Below, piece by piece: positions 21,367 to 31,677 of a stretch of DNA of 64,000 bases. The notes under the pieces are model-generated. The model ran no database searches, was not told the origin of the DNA, and saw nothing but the letters and a program-made list of their open reading frames with translations. Origin of the DNA: Corallochytrium limacisporum Hawaii (lineage: Eukaryota; Protista; Pluriformea); contig PDIP01000078.1 in assembly GCA_002811645.1 (NCBI GenBank), forward strand, positions 2,823-66,822. Direction: 5' to 3'. Position numbers and translations under genes: made by a program. Numbering within the stretch: position 1 is the first letter of the stretch; the number at the start of each line of letters is the position of its first letter.

Positions 21367-24222
21367 ATGGCTGGAATTACCCGCCAGGATGTAGAAGCAT
21401 GGTTACGGGACCACCCCGAGGAGACTGAAGATGTGATCAGCAATATTGGGTTGAGGTCGCAGCTGAACCGTGCTGCATCGAATGTCGGTGCCGGAAGGAG
21501 TCCCATGGCGGGCCGGCAGGTAGGTGGTCGTTCCGATGCGTGGAGCGCGGGAATTAACCTTACCGGTGTCGCACAGGACGTGAGCTCGCAGGGCCGCCTG
21601 ACGACCGACAAATCCAGTCGCGGGTCCAATGAGGACTTGATAAGTCATTTTGGGGCCGTCACACCGGAAGTGCAGACCGACATTCGGCGCACTGCTGGCC
21701 TTACAGAGACGGCCAAGGACATGCTCCTCGATGTCATTAGTGACATTACCGATGAATTAATCCTCACGCAGCTGATTAGCAAGATCTTCAAGAACTGTCT
21801 GCGCTTGGTGGCCTGCGAACGGTGCAGTGTCTTCCTGGTCGAGGCTGGCTCAAAGATGCTCGTGTCCCGCGTCTTTGATCTGACGGAAGACTCCAATGAC
21901 ATTGTGAACGACAACATCAGACCCAATCACACCGTGCGTGTGCCGATTGGCCAGGGAGTGATTGGCTACTGTGCGAGCAAGGGTGTAATGGTAAACGTAC
22001 CGGATGCCTACCAAGACGATCGTTTCAATCGGGCCGTGGATGAGGAGACGGGTTTCAAAACCCATACACTGCTCTCTGCACCCATCCGCCACGCGGATGG
22101 TCAGGTTATTGGTGTTGCTACCCTTGTCAACAAGACGCCAGTCGCTGAGACATTCACTGAGGAGGACGAAGAAATCTTTGAGTTCTATCTGCGCTTCTGC
22201 GGTGTTGCTATTCGCAACGCACAGATTTTCCAGATGGTAAGCAACGCCATCAACCGCAGCAACGCCTTGCAGACCATGGCCAAGAATATCATGACCGAGA
22301 CCAATATGAATAAGCTACTGGATACCATCATGAGCAACAGTGCCGATCTGGTCGGTGCGGACCGGGCCAGTGTGTTCCTGTTGGACGATGAGAGGGGTGA
22401 GCTCTATGCTCGAATCTTCAGCGTGCGCAAGGACGGCAAACTAAACGACTGGGAGGCAGCCGCAGACGGTCCGACCGAGGTGCGCTTCCCAATGAACAAG
22501 GGCATCGCCGGTGCGGTAGCCACCACGGGACAGCGATTGAACATTGCGAATGCGTACCAGGACGAGCGGTTCAACGCAGACGTCGACAAGAAGACCGGTT
22601 ACCAGACAAAGAGCATACTTTGTGTACCCATTACGAACCGGGACCACAAAGTTATAGGTGTCGCCCAGCTGGTGAACAAGGTTGACGACAACAACAACAT
22701 TTTAGAGTTCGACGCCGAGGATGAGAGTATTCTCAGTGGGTTTGCAATCTACTGCGGTTTGGCCATTCACAATGCCACAACCATGCAGGAACTGGGACGT
22801 GAATTGGCCCGTGGTGAGGTCGCAGAGGAACAGATCCAATACTACGCTCAAAGCGACCAAAAGGACTTGGACCGTATCGCCCGCACCGAGATTCACGAGG
22901 ACCAGTACCCGTCGATCCATGGGTTTGCCCTGGAGACGCGATCTCTAACCGCGAACCAGCAAGTCAAGTTCGCCATGCGCACGGTTGACAACCTCGGCTT
23001 TACGGCAAAGTTCCAGGTTCCTCCCACCGTCCTGGCGCGCTTCTTCCTGGCCGTCATGAAGAACTACCGCAATGTTACCTACCACAATTGGAGCCATGGC
23101 TTCAGTGTGGGTCACTTCATGTACGCCACGATCAGGAACGGAGGCACGTGCTACCCCGGGTTCAGTGACCTCGAGCGGTTTGCCCTGCTTATTGCCGCCT
23201 ACTGCCACGACATGGACCACCGAGGCACCAACAATGCCTACCAACTCGCCGCCAACACCCCGCTTTCCCAGCTCTACCCCACGAATATCATGGAACGCCA
23301 CCACGTCAATATGACGATGAGTATTCTGCGCCACGATGACATGGACATATTCTGCGGACTGAACGAAGCCGACCGCAAGCAGGCCCTGCAGATTGTGGAA
23401 GAGGCGATCCTTGCCACCGACCTGGCCAACTACTTCAAGAACCGAGGCAAGGTGCAGGAGATGATCACGGCCAAAGAACTAGACCTGGGTAATGCGGAGC
23501 ATCGTCGTCTGTTCCGAGGTATGCTCATGCCAGCCTGTGACCTGGGTGAGGTTGCCAAACCATTCCCGATCCAACGCAGCGTCGCAGAGGTAGTGTACAC
23601 GGAGTTCTTCGAGCAGGGTGACCTTGAGAAAGAAATGGGCAAGACTCCCATGGACATCATGAATCGTGATAAGGTACGAGAGGTGCCCAAGATGCAGTTG
23701 GGATTTATTGACTTTGTATGTCGTCCATTGTACAAATTGTTGAGCGACTACGACAATACGGTGTTCGGGTGCCTCGTCGAACGTGTTGACGAGAACCGCC
23801 GACTTTGGGAGGACATGCTTGGTGATCCGTACCGCTGGACCACAGAGGAAAAGAACCCGAACGCGGTGGCTGGTGCGACATCTGCTATTCGCACTGATTC
23901 AAGGGATACTGTCTACAAGTCTGGACGAGCCAGTACCTTCGAGCAGCAGACTGACGATCAACAACGCGGTGGCAATGTGAACACCGGCTCGGAAAGTGTG
24001 CCCATGGAAGTTGACCTGGCATCCAAAGTCCGCATGGTTGACTCCACCTCGGAGGGCCTTGGTACGCGTGCTAAGAAGAGTCGTGTTGCACCGGCGTCAC
24101 CGCCAACGTCTGCAGTCGTCGAGAGTGACAGCAGAGAAGGTCAGACATCAGCAGCAGATCAACAGGCGGAAAAGAAACGGTCGTCATTCACGTCCAAGCT
24201 CAAGAAAAAGGTCAGTAGATGA
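21367..24222 (+). CDS. Class I cyclic nucleotide phosphodiesterase with tandem GAF domains (PDE10/PDE11/PDE5 group)
   Basis: Two GAF domains (DAYQDDRFN..D..TGF/Y.T, NK..F..ED). Catalytic YHNWSH, HDMDHRGTNN, MERHH, ATDL, ACDL, EFFEQGD, QLGFIDFV. N-terminal DVEAWLRDHPE resembles PDE10/PDE5 N-termini. Confidence 0.95.
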   Translation: MAGITRQDVEAWLRDHPEETEDVISNIGLRSQLNRAASNVGAGRSPMAGRQVGGRSDAWSAGINLTGVAQDVSSQGRLTTDKSSRGSNEDLISHFGAVTPEVQTDIRRTAGLTETAKDMLLDVISDITDELILTQLISKIFKNCLRLVACERCSVFLVEAGSKMLVSRVFDLTEDSNDIVNDNIRPNHTVRVPIGQGVIGYCASKGVMVNVPDAYQDDRFNRAVDEETGFKTHTLLSAPIRHADGQVIGVATLVNKTPVAETFTEEDEEIFEFYLRFCGVAIRNAQIFQMVSNAINRSNALQTMAKNIMTETNMNKLLDTIMSNSADLVGADRASVFLLDDERGELYARIFSVRKDGKLNDWEAAADGPTEVRFPMNKGIAGAVATTGQRLNIANAYQDERFNADVDKKTGYQTKSILCVPITNRDHKVIGVAQLVNKVDDNNNILEFDAEDESILSGFAIYCGLAIHNATTMQELGRELARGEVAEEQIQYYAQSDQKDLDRIARTEIHEDQYPSIHGFALETRSLTANQQVKFAMRTVDNLGFTAKFQVPPTVLARFFLAVMKNYRNVTYHNWSHGFSVGHFMYATIRNGGTCYPGFSDLERFALLIAAYCHDMDHRGTNNAYQLAANTPLSQLYPTNIMERHHVNMTMSILRHDDMDIFCGLNEADRKQALQIVEEAILATDLANYFKNRGKVQEMITAKELDLGNAEHRRLFRGMLMPACDLGEVAKPFPIQRSVAEVVYTEFFEQGDLEKEMGKTPMDIMNRDKVREVPKMQLGFIDFVCRPLYKLLSDYDNTVFGCLVERVDENRRLWEDMLGDPYRWTTEEKNPNAVAGATSAIRTDSRDTVYKSGRASTFEQQTDDQQRGGNVNTGSESVPMEVDLASKVRMVDSTSEGLGTRAKKSRVAPASPPTSAVVESDSREGQTSAADQQAEKKRSSFTSKLKKKVSR

Positions 24223-24498
24223 TTTGCAGATGAATCAAATTGCAGTGGTGTTACAATACACTTATCAAAACAAGAAATAAGACAAAACATCCGCGCGTTC
24301 ATATTCTCACCATGCATGCCGAGGAGACACCAAGGGCAGCTAACTTTCGCATGGCATGTATCGCTTAGACTCTATGTTACAATTTATTGTGTGGTATTGT
24401 TTTCCCCCGGTTCCTTTCGGACTCGTTCGGGGCCCTTCCTCATGATTTCTACACAAGGGTACGCACATCCCGACGGTCGCCAAGTTGCATTCCCCGAA

Positions 24499-25059
24499 TC
24501 AGTGCACAACAATCACGGGGCACTTGCAGTGGTGTAATACGTAGGAGCTCACTGATCCCAGCACAAGGGTCTTAAGTATGCCGCGGCCCCGGGTGCCCAA
24601 GATGACGTAGTCTGCTGGCAGCTGTTCGGCGGTCTCAACCACTGCCTCCTTGACTTCGTTGGAGGCCACGATGAGATCATGCATGACGTCTGGTGCCATT
24701 CCCCAGCGCATAACTAGCCGTTCCTTGGCGGCATTGATCAGATCCTTTCCACTCGAACTGTGCTCCTGCCGCTCATGCGACACCGACTGATCGTCCGATA
24801 GCCGCGTGCGGTGCGTGTGGGGGACAACAGCAAGAATGTAAGCCATATCCCCACGTGCCGGTACGAGAAGGTCACCGAGAATATCCAGGGCCCGCTCCGA
24901 GCTCTCGCTGCCATCGCAGGCGACCAAAAACTTGCGTTTATGGCCCGCGTCCTCGGGTTTGCGGTCCGGGTCGCTCAGGGACAGATGCCGTCTGGCTGAT
25001 GCGCCGCTGACCTTGAGCTGAGGGGCAACTTTGTGCCCGTCTTTGTGATGACTGTTCAT
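24499..25059 (-). CDS. Universal stress protein A (UspA) family
   Basis: FLVACDGSESSERAL and ILGTRGRGILKTLVLGSVSSYVLHHCKCPVIVV (G-2x-G-9x-GS ATP-binding motif). Confidence 0.93.
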   Translation of the reverse strand: MNSHHKDGHKVAPQLKVSGASARRHLSLSDPDRKPEDAGHKRKFLVACDGSESSERALDILGDLLVPARGDMAYILAVVPHTHRTRLSDDQSVSHERQEHSSSGKDLINAAKERLVMRWGMAPDVMHDLIVASNEVKEAVVETAEQLPADYVILGTRGRGILKTLVLGSVSSYVLHHCKCPVIVVH

Positions 25060-25543
25060 GCTGGCTGGAGTGTTTTGGCTTGTACAATGTGTTGCCCGGA
25101 GTTTCTGTTTTGTTCCTCTACGCCTGACAACGGAATTCGACTATGTCACGTTCACAATCATTTCCCTACTTTATCCTTTGTTTCTCTATCTTTGTTGGTC
25201 AATCCTCGTTTGTGTTTTGCTTTGAAGCCGTACGTTGTGTTGCCATTGACTGGTACGCTGTATATCTTTATAACTACCTGTTACATTGCAGGTGCTTGAC
25301 CTAATCCAACACTGTGACCCAAAATACCATTCACCAACTCTATCATCATCACCATCATCATCCTTTTCGTTTGGCCATGATCAGGGACGTGAAAGCAAAT
25401 AATGGCACTGTGAAGTTTGGTAGGAGTGATAAGACGAAGAAAAGAACAGAAAAAACCCGCCAAACAAGCCGCTTGCACCCCGCGGTTTTTTTGTTTCCCC
25501 CGTTATTTTAACCGATCGTCCTCCATCTCCCAGTTTTCATCAT

Positions 25544-25642
25544 CCCATCCTTCCCTCCATCCATCCATCAATCCATCCATCCATCCATCCATCCATCAAT
25601 CCTTCCATCCATCCTTCCCTCCATCCTTCCCTCCATCCTTCC
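25544..25642. repeat. (CCAT)n/(CCTT)n tetranucleotide microsatellite
   Basis: ccatccatcaatccatccatccatcc...ccttccctccatccttcc. Confidence 0.9.
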
Positions 25643-26299
25643 TGCTTTGCCTTATCCTCCCTCAAACGCCTCACTCCCCCTCCCCCCCCTCCCCTCGGGG
25701 GGCGGGTTGGGTTGGGTTGGGTATATTACGCCCGTTTCGTTCCTTATGTCCGTGGTACGGGGTAAAAAGTGTGCGCGCCCTCCGCTCAGGCGCGTTTGAC
25801 CCCGGCTCGCCCGGGCAAAAGGGGAAGAGGGGGGGGGGGGGGAATTTCTTTACCACCTCCCTCTTTCTTAATTTTTTCTTTGTTCTTTATATTTTTTGGC
25901 CCCAAAGATTTAGGTACTCACCCGACCGACCCAACCAAACCAACAACCATCGCCCGCCCCGTGGAAAGGTGGGGGCCGGGGGCCCATGGGCCCTGCCCGT
26001 CCGGCCTGGGGGGGGGCTTAGGGAGGGGTGGTGTGATAAAATGGCGGCGGGTTCTTTTGTTTTTTTTTTCCTTTTTCTTTTTGAGTTTGTTTTTTAAAAC
26101 AAAAAAAATAAAGACATCTTTGGTCTCTCTCTTCTCTCAAAAAAAAAAAATGAAAATGAAAAATGCCAAGAATAATATTCCGCATCACATGCAAAGGAAC
26201 GGCGGCACGCAAACCGGGTCTGACGATGCCTTTTATATACAAAAAGAAAGAAAGTGGCAAGGGCGTGATCATCCGGACCTTCACGCTTCCTCGGCGAAG

Positions 26300-26600
26300 A
26301 AAGAGAGAGAGAGAGAGAGAGAGAAGGGCCGGGTGCGTGAAGGGAGGGGACGATGGAAAACGACAGAGGGGGGGGGGGGTTGTCTGCGTACAGAACTTCC
26401 CCAGGCGGGAAACCACCGGGAGCAAAATTTTCTCTTCCTTTTTTTTTTCTCTTTGGGGGGCCCTGGCTGCCCTCCACGGCTTCGCTCAATGCTCTCTCTG
26501 CTCTCTCTGCTCTCTCTCTCTCTGCCTGTGAGAGAGCGGGGTCTATAAAGGAAGGAAGGAACGAAAGAAAGAAAGAAAAGAAAGAAAGAAAGAAGGAAGA
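26300..26600. repeat. (GA)n, (CT)n and (GAAA)n microsatellite cluster with G and T homopolymers
   Basis: Read directly from sequence. Confidence 0.85.
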
Positions 26601-27884
26601 ACAGGCTCCTGGTTTCCAATAGCCTTTGAGTACCACTGCTGTTGAATAGACTTTAGGCAAAAGAAAAATGGGACAAAGAGACAAAATTTGGAACAGAAAG
26701 AGAGGAAGGAAAAAGTTGGACAAAGAAAAGGGGGAGAGAGAGCCGGACAACAGAGAGGCATGGATAGAAAATGGTAGCCGAGAGGTACTTCCCTCATGGA
26801 CGATGTCAGAAACACCAGCACATGCAGCACAAAGCATGGTTGACCCCAGGAGCAGTTGATTGGGGGGGGGGTTCTGCGTGTGCGTGTGCGTGTGCCTGTG
26901 TGTCCTCTGGGAGTGTGTTGCCAAAACGATCCCGAAGTGGTGGTGGTGGTGGGTGGTCGGGATGGTGGTGGATGGGGTTTCCGGGGAGGAACGACCGATG
27001 GGTGTCCGTCCTTTGTTGCCGATGTCTGTGTGTGGCAGCCGAGCCAATGGCCAAACGGCTGCACTCAGCAACCATTGGTTCTCCTGCACCCCCTTCGCGG
27101 GGGGGGGGGGACCCAGCAACCCGTTTTCTTTGAAACCATCCTCGCTGTCCTTGTGTCTGGTTCTTGGCTATTCGAATGCCCAACGATCATCGGTCCGGTA
27201 TCGCGGTGGTCCAGACGGGAATGAATCTCTCTAACCCGGAACCCCCTACACGACAGAACAAACCAAAACGACAAAACACAGCGCAGAGCGACACAGTGTC
27301 CCTTGTGTTCCGTGTCACACACATTTCGTTCTCATTCTCTCTCTATGCGTTCCTTGTCTCCGCAGAACCGGCCTGCCACCCGTTCGTCGGCAATTCACTC
27401 GCACTCCACTTCACGCGTGACCACCACGCACTGCACGCAATAGGGCCCACGAAGCGATAGGCACGCCGACCACACACACACACACACACGCTCTCTGTCT
27501 GTCTCTCTCTCCCTATTCTCTCCCTCTTGCCCCACTCCAACCGTCCCTCCCGCGCAAGAGAGGGATTTTTCTCCTTTTTTTTTCTTTTCTTTTTTTCTTT
27601 CGGGGTTGCTTTGGGTTCTTTTGTTGCTTTTTGATTTTTCCATCGTTTCGTCGCAGCTTCTTCTTCCCTTCCCTTCCCCCCTCCCCAAAGCTCGGTCACT
27701 TGCCCTTATTCGGCCCCCCCCGGGGAGAAGAGGGGCGGGATCGGGTTCCCCGCCCCGGGGGAATGATGGTTGGGGGGGGGGGGGGGGNNNNNNNNNNNNN
27801 NNNNNNNNNNNNNNNNNNNNNNNNCTTGTTTTGCCGTTTGTATTTTGCTCTCTGTCTCTCTCTCCCTCTGTACCTCCCCGTCGG

Positions 27885-27916
<32 letters not shown>

Positions 27917-28283
27917 GCCGTCTGTGTGTCTTCGTGTTCTGTGTGTGTGAGTGCTGCAGGCGTGGATTATTTGCTTGGATTCTGTTCACATAGTGTCCTC
28001 CTTTCTTGTGTGGGTTCAGCAGTGATCAACGCTCGTTGCAACAGAGGCGGTAGAAGGAGGTACCTCAGACGCATACCCTGGCCCAATACCAATCCTACGG
28101 CATACATAGTATACACATTTGTTTGGCATCAAACACAGCATGAAAGAGAACTCGTGTGCAATCTCTTCTTCAAGTGTGAACCAACAATGCAAGCAACCAT
28201 GGGGACGTAAATGAAGAAAAAAGAACACACCGTGGAGTAATGATCGGTAGGACTTAGATAGTCGATTAGTTTTGAGTAACGTC

Positions 28284-30431
28284 ATGTCCGAGGAACGGAA
28301 ATCGCACACAACCAAGATATCCGGGACGGCGCTTACGTCCGTGCTGCGCACCTACGGTGCACCGCTGGACGAAACTCAGCTGTGGTCGATCCTCTACGGA
28401 TGTTGCCTTGGTCTATTGCGGGCCCGTCTTGCTGATGCATGGGACACAACCCTGGAACAGCGCGCTCTTTATGGATCGATGACCCTGGTGGAACAGATCA
28501 ATGAGAAGTTTGCCCAAATTAGTATGGGGGAAGGCGAATCGGGATCAAAAGAAGCGGAGAAAAATGAAGACAATGACGGGAGTAGGGACTCTTCATCACA
28601 ATTCCCGCTCTACAAAGTACAGTACCCAGCGGAATGCATTGTAACTCCTGACCGTCTACTGCTCTCCGACGGAGGCGTGATCACGCCCGTTCCCGCTCTG
28701 AGTGGCGAGGTTACCCTTAGCTGTGACGGCGCCAAGGCCCAGTTTGCAGCCGAGGACTTTGTAAGCTTCCTGCCGGAGGAATTGATCAGCTGCTACGACG
28801 AAATTAGTGAGGGACAAGGGATCCAAAAGCCGTCGGACGCCACGGCACAGTTTCTCCTCGATGAACGCGTGCTCGACCCTTCCGCGCTTGCCGATGGTGA
28901 TGCAGCATCGGAGGAACACCTGCGCCGTGCGGTTGCTCCGGAAGCGCTCGCGGTATTCAGCCTCGGGGCCACCGTCTTTGTGTGCGCAGATTATGGCTTG
29001 GAAGAGGATGAGGCGGCTTCCCTATCTGAGGCATTGGAGGGACTCCTAGAGGACATGACGGCCGAGGTCACGGAGCGATGTGGGTTGTTGGACGTGCTCA
29101 GGGCCTGTACAGGCCATCTATACGGGTCGGTGGAATCAGCATCGGCAGAGTCCCCAATGTCAAAATCCTCGCAGTCGTCGTCGGCCTATGTTACACAGAT
29201 CGATGCAATGATTCGCGATGTTAAAGAGCACCGTGCGCACGCGGTCGAAGCAGCCAAACGCGCAGTGGACATGTCCGCCGCTGAGTCCCAGGCTGGGGAT
29301 CCACGGGAAAACTTGGTAGATCCGCAGCGCGCAAAACGTGAAACTTTCGGACTGCTCATGGCCGAGATCAGTTCACCGTGGAAGCCGACGTTGAAGGATG
29401 CATCTAAACGCGAACTGGCACCGGCCAAGGTCCAGTTTACGCCCCATGAGTTGCTCATGGCCGACATTCGGAATTTGAGGTCCCAGCGCCGTGGGCGGCG
29501 GGTCGGAGGCGTGGGCTCCGTGGGAGCCTTGGATAAGAATTCTGCCTCCGTTAGAGACAGTAACGACAGCGCTAAACTCAAACGGAGAGCAGCATCAGTG
29601 GGAGTACTTAATCTTGGACAGGGCTCGGGCTCGGGTGGAAATGGATCACCTGTGTCCAAGGGTAGCCCTACTCGATCTAAGCGCAAAATCAACTTTGACA
29701 TACTATCCAATTCCTTCGCCGAGCTAAATGCTGTACGCATGGTAAGCGAACAGATTGGCGATGAGAACGTGGTTATGGACCACGTCCTGGCAACACCGCA
29801 AAAGGCTGGAGTGACTGCCGGACGGATGCGGAGACGCCTGGCGCGGGCAAGGAATCGGAAATCCTTGCGGCGGCGAACGGCCGGTGGGAGCACTGAAAGC
29901 CTTAGAGATGGTGCCAGTGTTGGTGGCTCTGCTCCAGGTGGAGGTGAGAGCCCAGGCACCCTCAGTGCTGCCGGTGGTGACTCTCCGCTGCGTCTCAACG
30001 GCGGCCGCAGTAGAGGTGGCAGTAGCGCCGGGCTTTTTGACCTCAGCGAGGGCCGTGACTCGAGCGGACTACTACACGGTGAAGTTTCCGTGGACTCGAT
30101 GCCTCCGGTGCAGAATCTTGATGAACTGCACTTTGCCAACGTTGACACGGGCGAAGATTTGACCTTTGCAGAGATCCGGAACATTGAGAGTGTAGTGGCC
30201 AGGGCAGAGATTGAAGAACTGAGCGTGATGCAGCCGGAGTTAGTTGATCTAATCAGGGAGAAGGAAATGTGTGCACGGTGCATGACTACAAAGTTTACCA
30301 AGACGATCCGGGCCAAACAGTGCATATGCTGTGCCCTGTGGATTTGCACAGAGTGCATTGGCAAGCCGCAGAAGGATATGCTTCGGAATGAGGTCGTATG
30401 TGTCATGTGCGATGGCAAGTGGTACTTTTGA
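28284..30431 (+). CDS. SPIRE: SPIRE-type actin nucleator (KIND, WH2-like, Spir-box, modified FYVE)
   Basis: KIND: LTSVLRTYGAPLDETQLWSILYGCC and SLGATVFVCADYGLEEDEAASLSEALEGLLEDM. WH2-like: LLMAEIS..TLKDA and TPHELLMADIR. Spir-box: LTFAEIRNIESVVARAEIE. C-terminal CxxC..CxCC..CxxC..CxxC finger. ATG at 28284 (track start is TTG). Confidence 0.85.
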   Translation: MSEERKSHTTKISGTALTSVLRTYGAPLDETQLWSILYGCCLGLLRARLADAWDTTLEQRALYGSMTLVEQINEKFAQISMGEGESGSKEAEKNEDNDGSRDSSSQFPLYKVQYPAECIVTPDRLLLSDGGVITPVPALSGEVTLSCDGAKAQFAAEDFVSFLPEELISCYDEISEGQGIQKPSDATAQFLLDERVLDPSALADGDAASEEHLRRAVAPEALAVFSLGATVFVCADYGLEEDEAASLSEALEGLLEDMTAEVTERCGLLDVLRACTGHLYGSVESASAESPMSKSSQSSSAYVTQIDAMIRDVKEHRAHAVEAAKRAVDMSAAESQAGDPRENLVDPQRAKRETFGLLMAEISSPWKPTLKDASKRELAPAKVQFTPHELLMADIRNLRSQRRGRRVGGVGSVGALDKNSASVRDSNDSAKLKRRAASVGVLNLGQGSGSGGNGSPVSKGSPTRSKRKINFDILSNSFAELNAVRMVSEQIGDENVVMDHVLATPQKAGVTAGRMRRRLARARNRKSLRRRTAGGSTESLRDGASVGGSAPGGGESPGTLSAAGGDSPLRLNGGRSRGGSSAGLFDLSEGRDSSGLLHGEVSVDSMPPVQNLDELHFANVDTGEDLTFAEIRNIESVVARAEIEELSVMQPELVDLIREKEMCARCMTTKFTKTIRAKQCICCALWICTECIGKPQKDMLRNEVVCVMCDGKWYF

Positions 30432-31677
30432 AGGTAAACTACTACGGGTGAGGCTTCGTTTCCTTTGCGACCAACCGCATTTAGTTGTAAGAAAACGTTC
30501 GTAGAGTGACATCAGACATTTAAACCCAGTGATGGGACAGTTGTGTTTTTCTTGTATTTGGTCTTCGGAGCGTTGTTAGCCCCTGGTCTCACAATGGCAA
30601 CATACGCAGGCCCATACGCGTCCGCCATGACATCACCAGCGAGTCCGCGGCAAGCACACGAGCCGTCGCAGAGAGTGGGCCTGCTGCTCCTCCGTCCCTG
30701 CTCCGAGCATCGCCAGACCCGGCTTGGATACTCTGTACCTGCTTTTCCCTCCTTTGCCGTGCCGCACCAATAGCTTTTTAAGTGTCAGCGAAGCAAAAGC
30801 GTCAGGGCGGTATCCCCCCAAAAACTCTCCTCTTCCCCCCCCCACTGAGCGAGCCGTAAGTGTACCACTCTGCGCTTCAAAGCCCCGCGGTTGGGAAGGA
30901 GAAAAGGCACCAGACGGACACCCACCTCACCAGCAGCGGGAGGGGCGAGGTGGGGAATTGAAATGGAATCCCGCTTGGGGTTTGGGGGACCGGGGTCTGC
31001 TGGGAGACGGAGGGGGGGGGGGTGGAAATGAAAAAGAAGGCGCGAAAATTTCGTACACCCGCCGGGGTTGGTTTTCTGGTGGAAAAGCTGGGGGGGGGGG
31101 GAAGGGAGTCCCTTTTCTCTTTTTTCTGTTNNNNNNNNNNNNNNNGGGGGGGGGAAGGGAGTCCCTTTTCTCTTGTTTCTGTTCTTCTTTCACTCAGAAC
31201 TTTGACTTGCTCGCTCTAAACTTGAGAAGTCCCCTCCCCTCCTGTCCCTTTCATCTGGGGCCTCGGTATCGAACATGAACCATAGAGGGGGGTGTTCGGG
31301 TTTGGGATCAAGAAGGCGAGAATCCTCACACTTTGCCGGAGCAGAATGGTCGATAATTGGCGTTCGTTCGTGAAATGGGGTCTCACCCAGGAGACTCAAC
31401 CCAACGCCCTGAATGAGCCACTGCAGACAGCGATGTCAGCCACCCATAATAGAGGGAAGCTGGGCAACGAAAACGTGCACAAAGGGCTGTAGAGGTACTT
31501 TGGGAATACCAAGAGTCGCACGCCCACTACTCCATTTACAACTTGTAATATTCTTGTGTACACAAGGATTTTTGAGACGAGAGAGTTCTCGGCACAACAA
31601 TCGGATACCAAACATGAGCTCAGTGATTTAGTCGTCTTCTATTTGGTTTGAGTTGTGTCCCTCATCACTGGGGAAAG

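Noticed and set aside
25400-28210. Numerous 100-340 aa ORFs in low-complexity spacers (also 8-11, 16-18, 20-21, 38 and 52-54 kb)
   Set aside because: Translations are homopolymer or microsatellite derived (poly-F/G/P/K, CV/TH runs), often with non-ATG starts, and have no domain signal.
29186-30418. 410-aa antisense ORF within SPIRE (also 11407-12171 in CHT1 and others)
   Set aside because: Mirror-frame shadows of GC-rich codon usage with no recognisable motifs.
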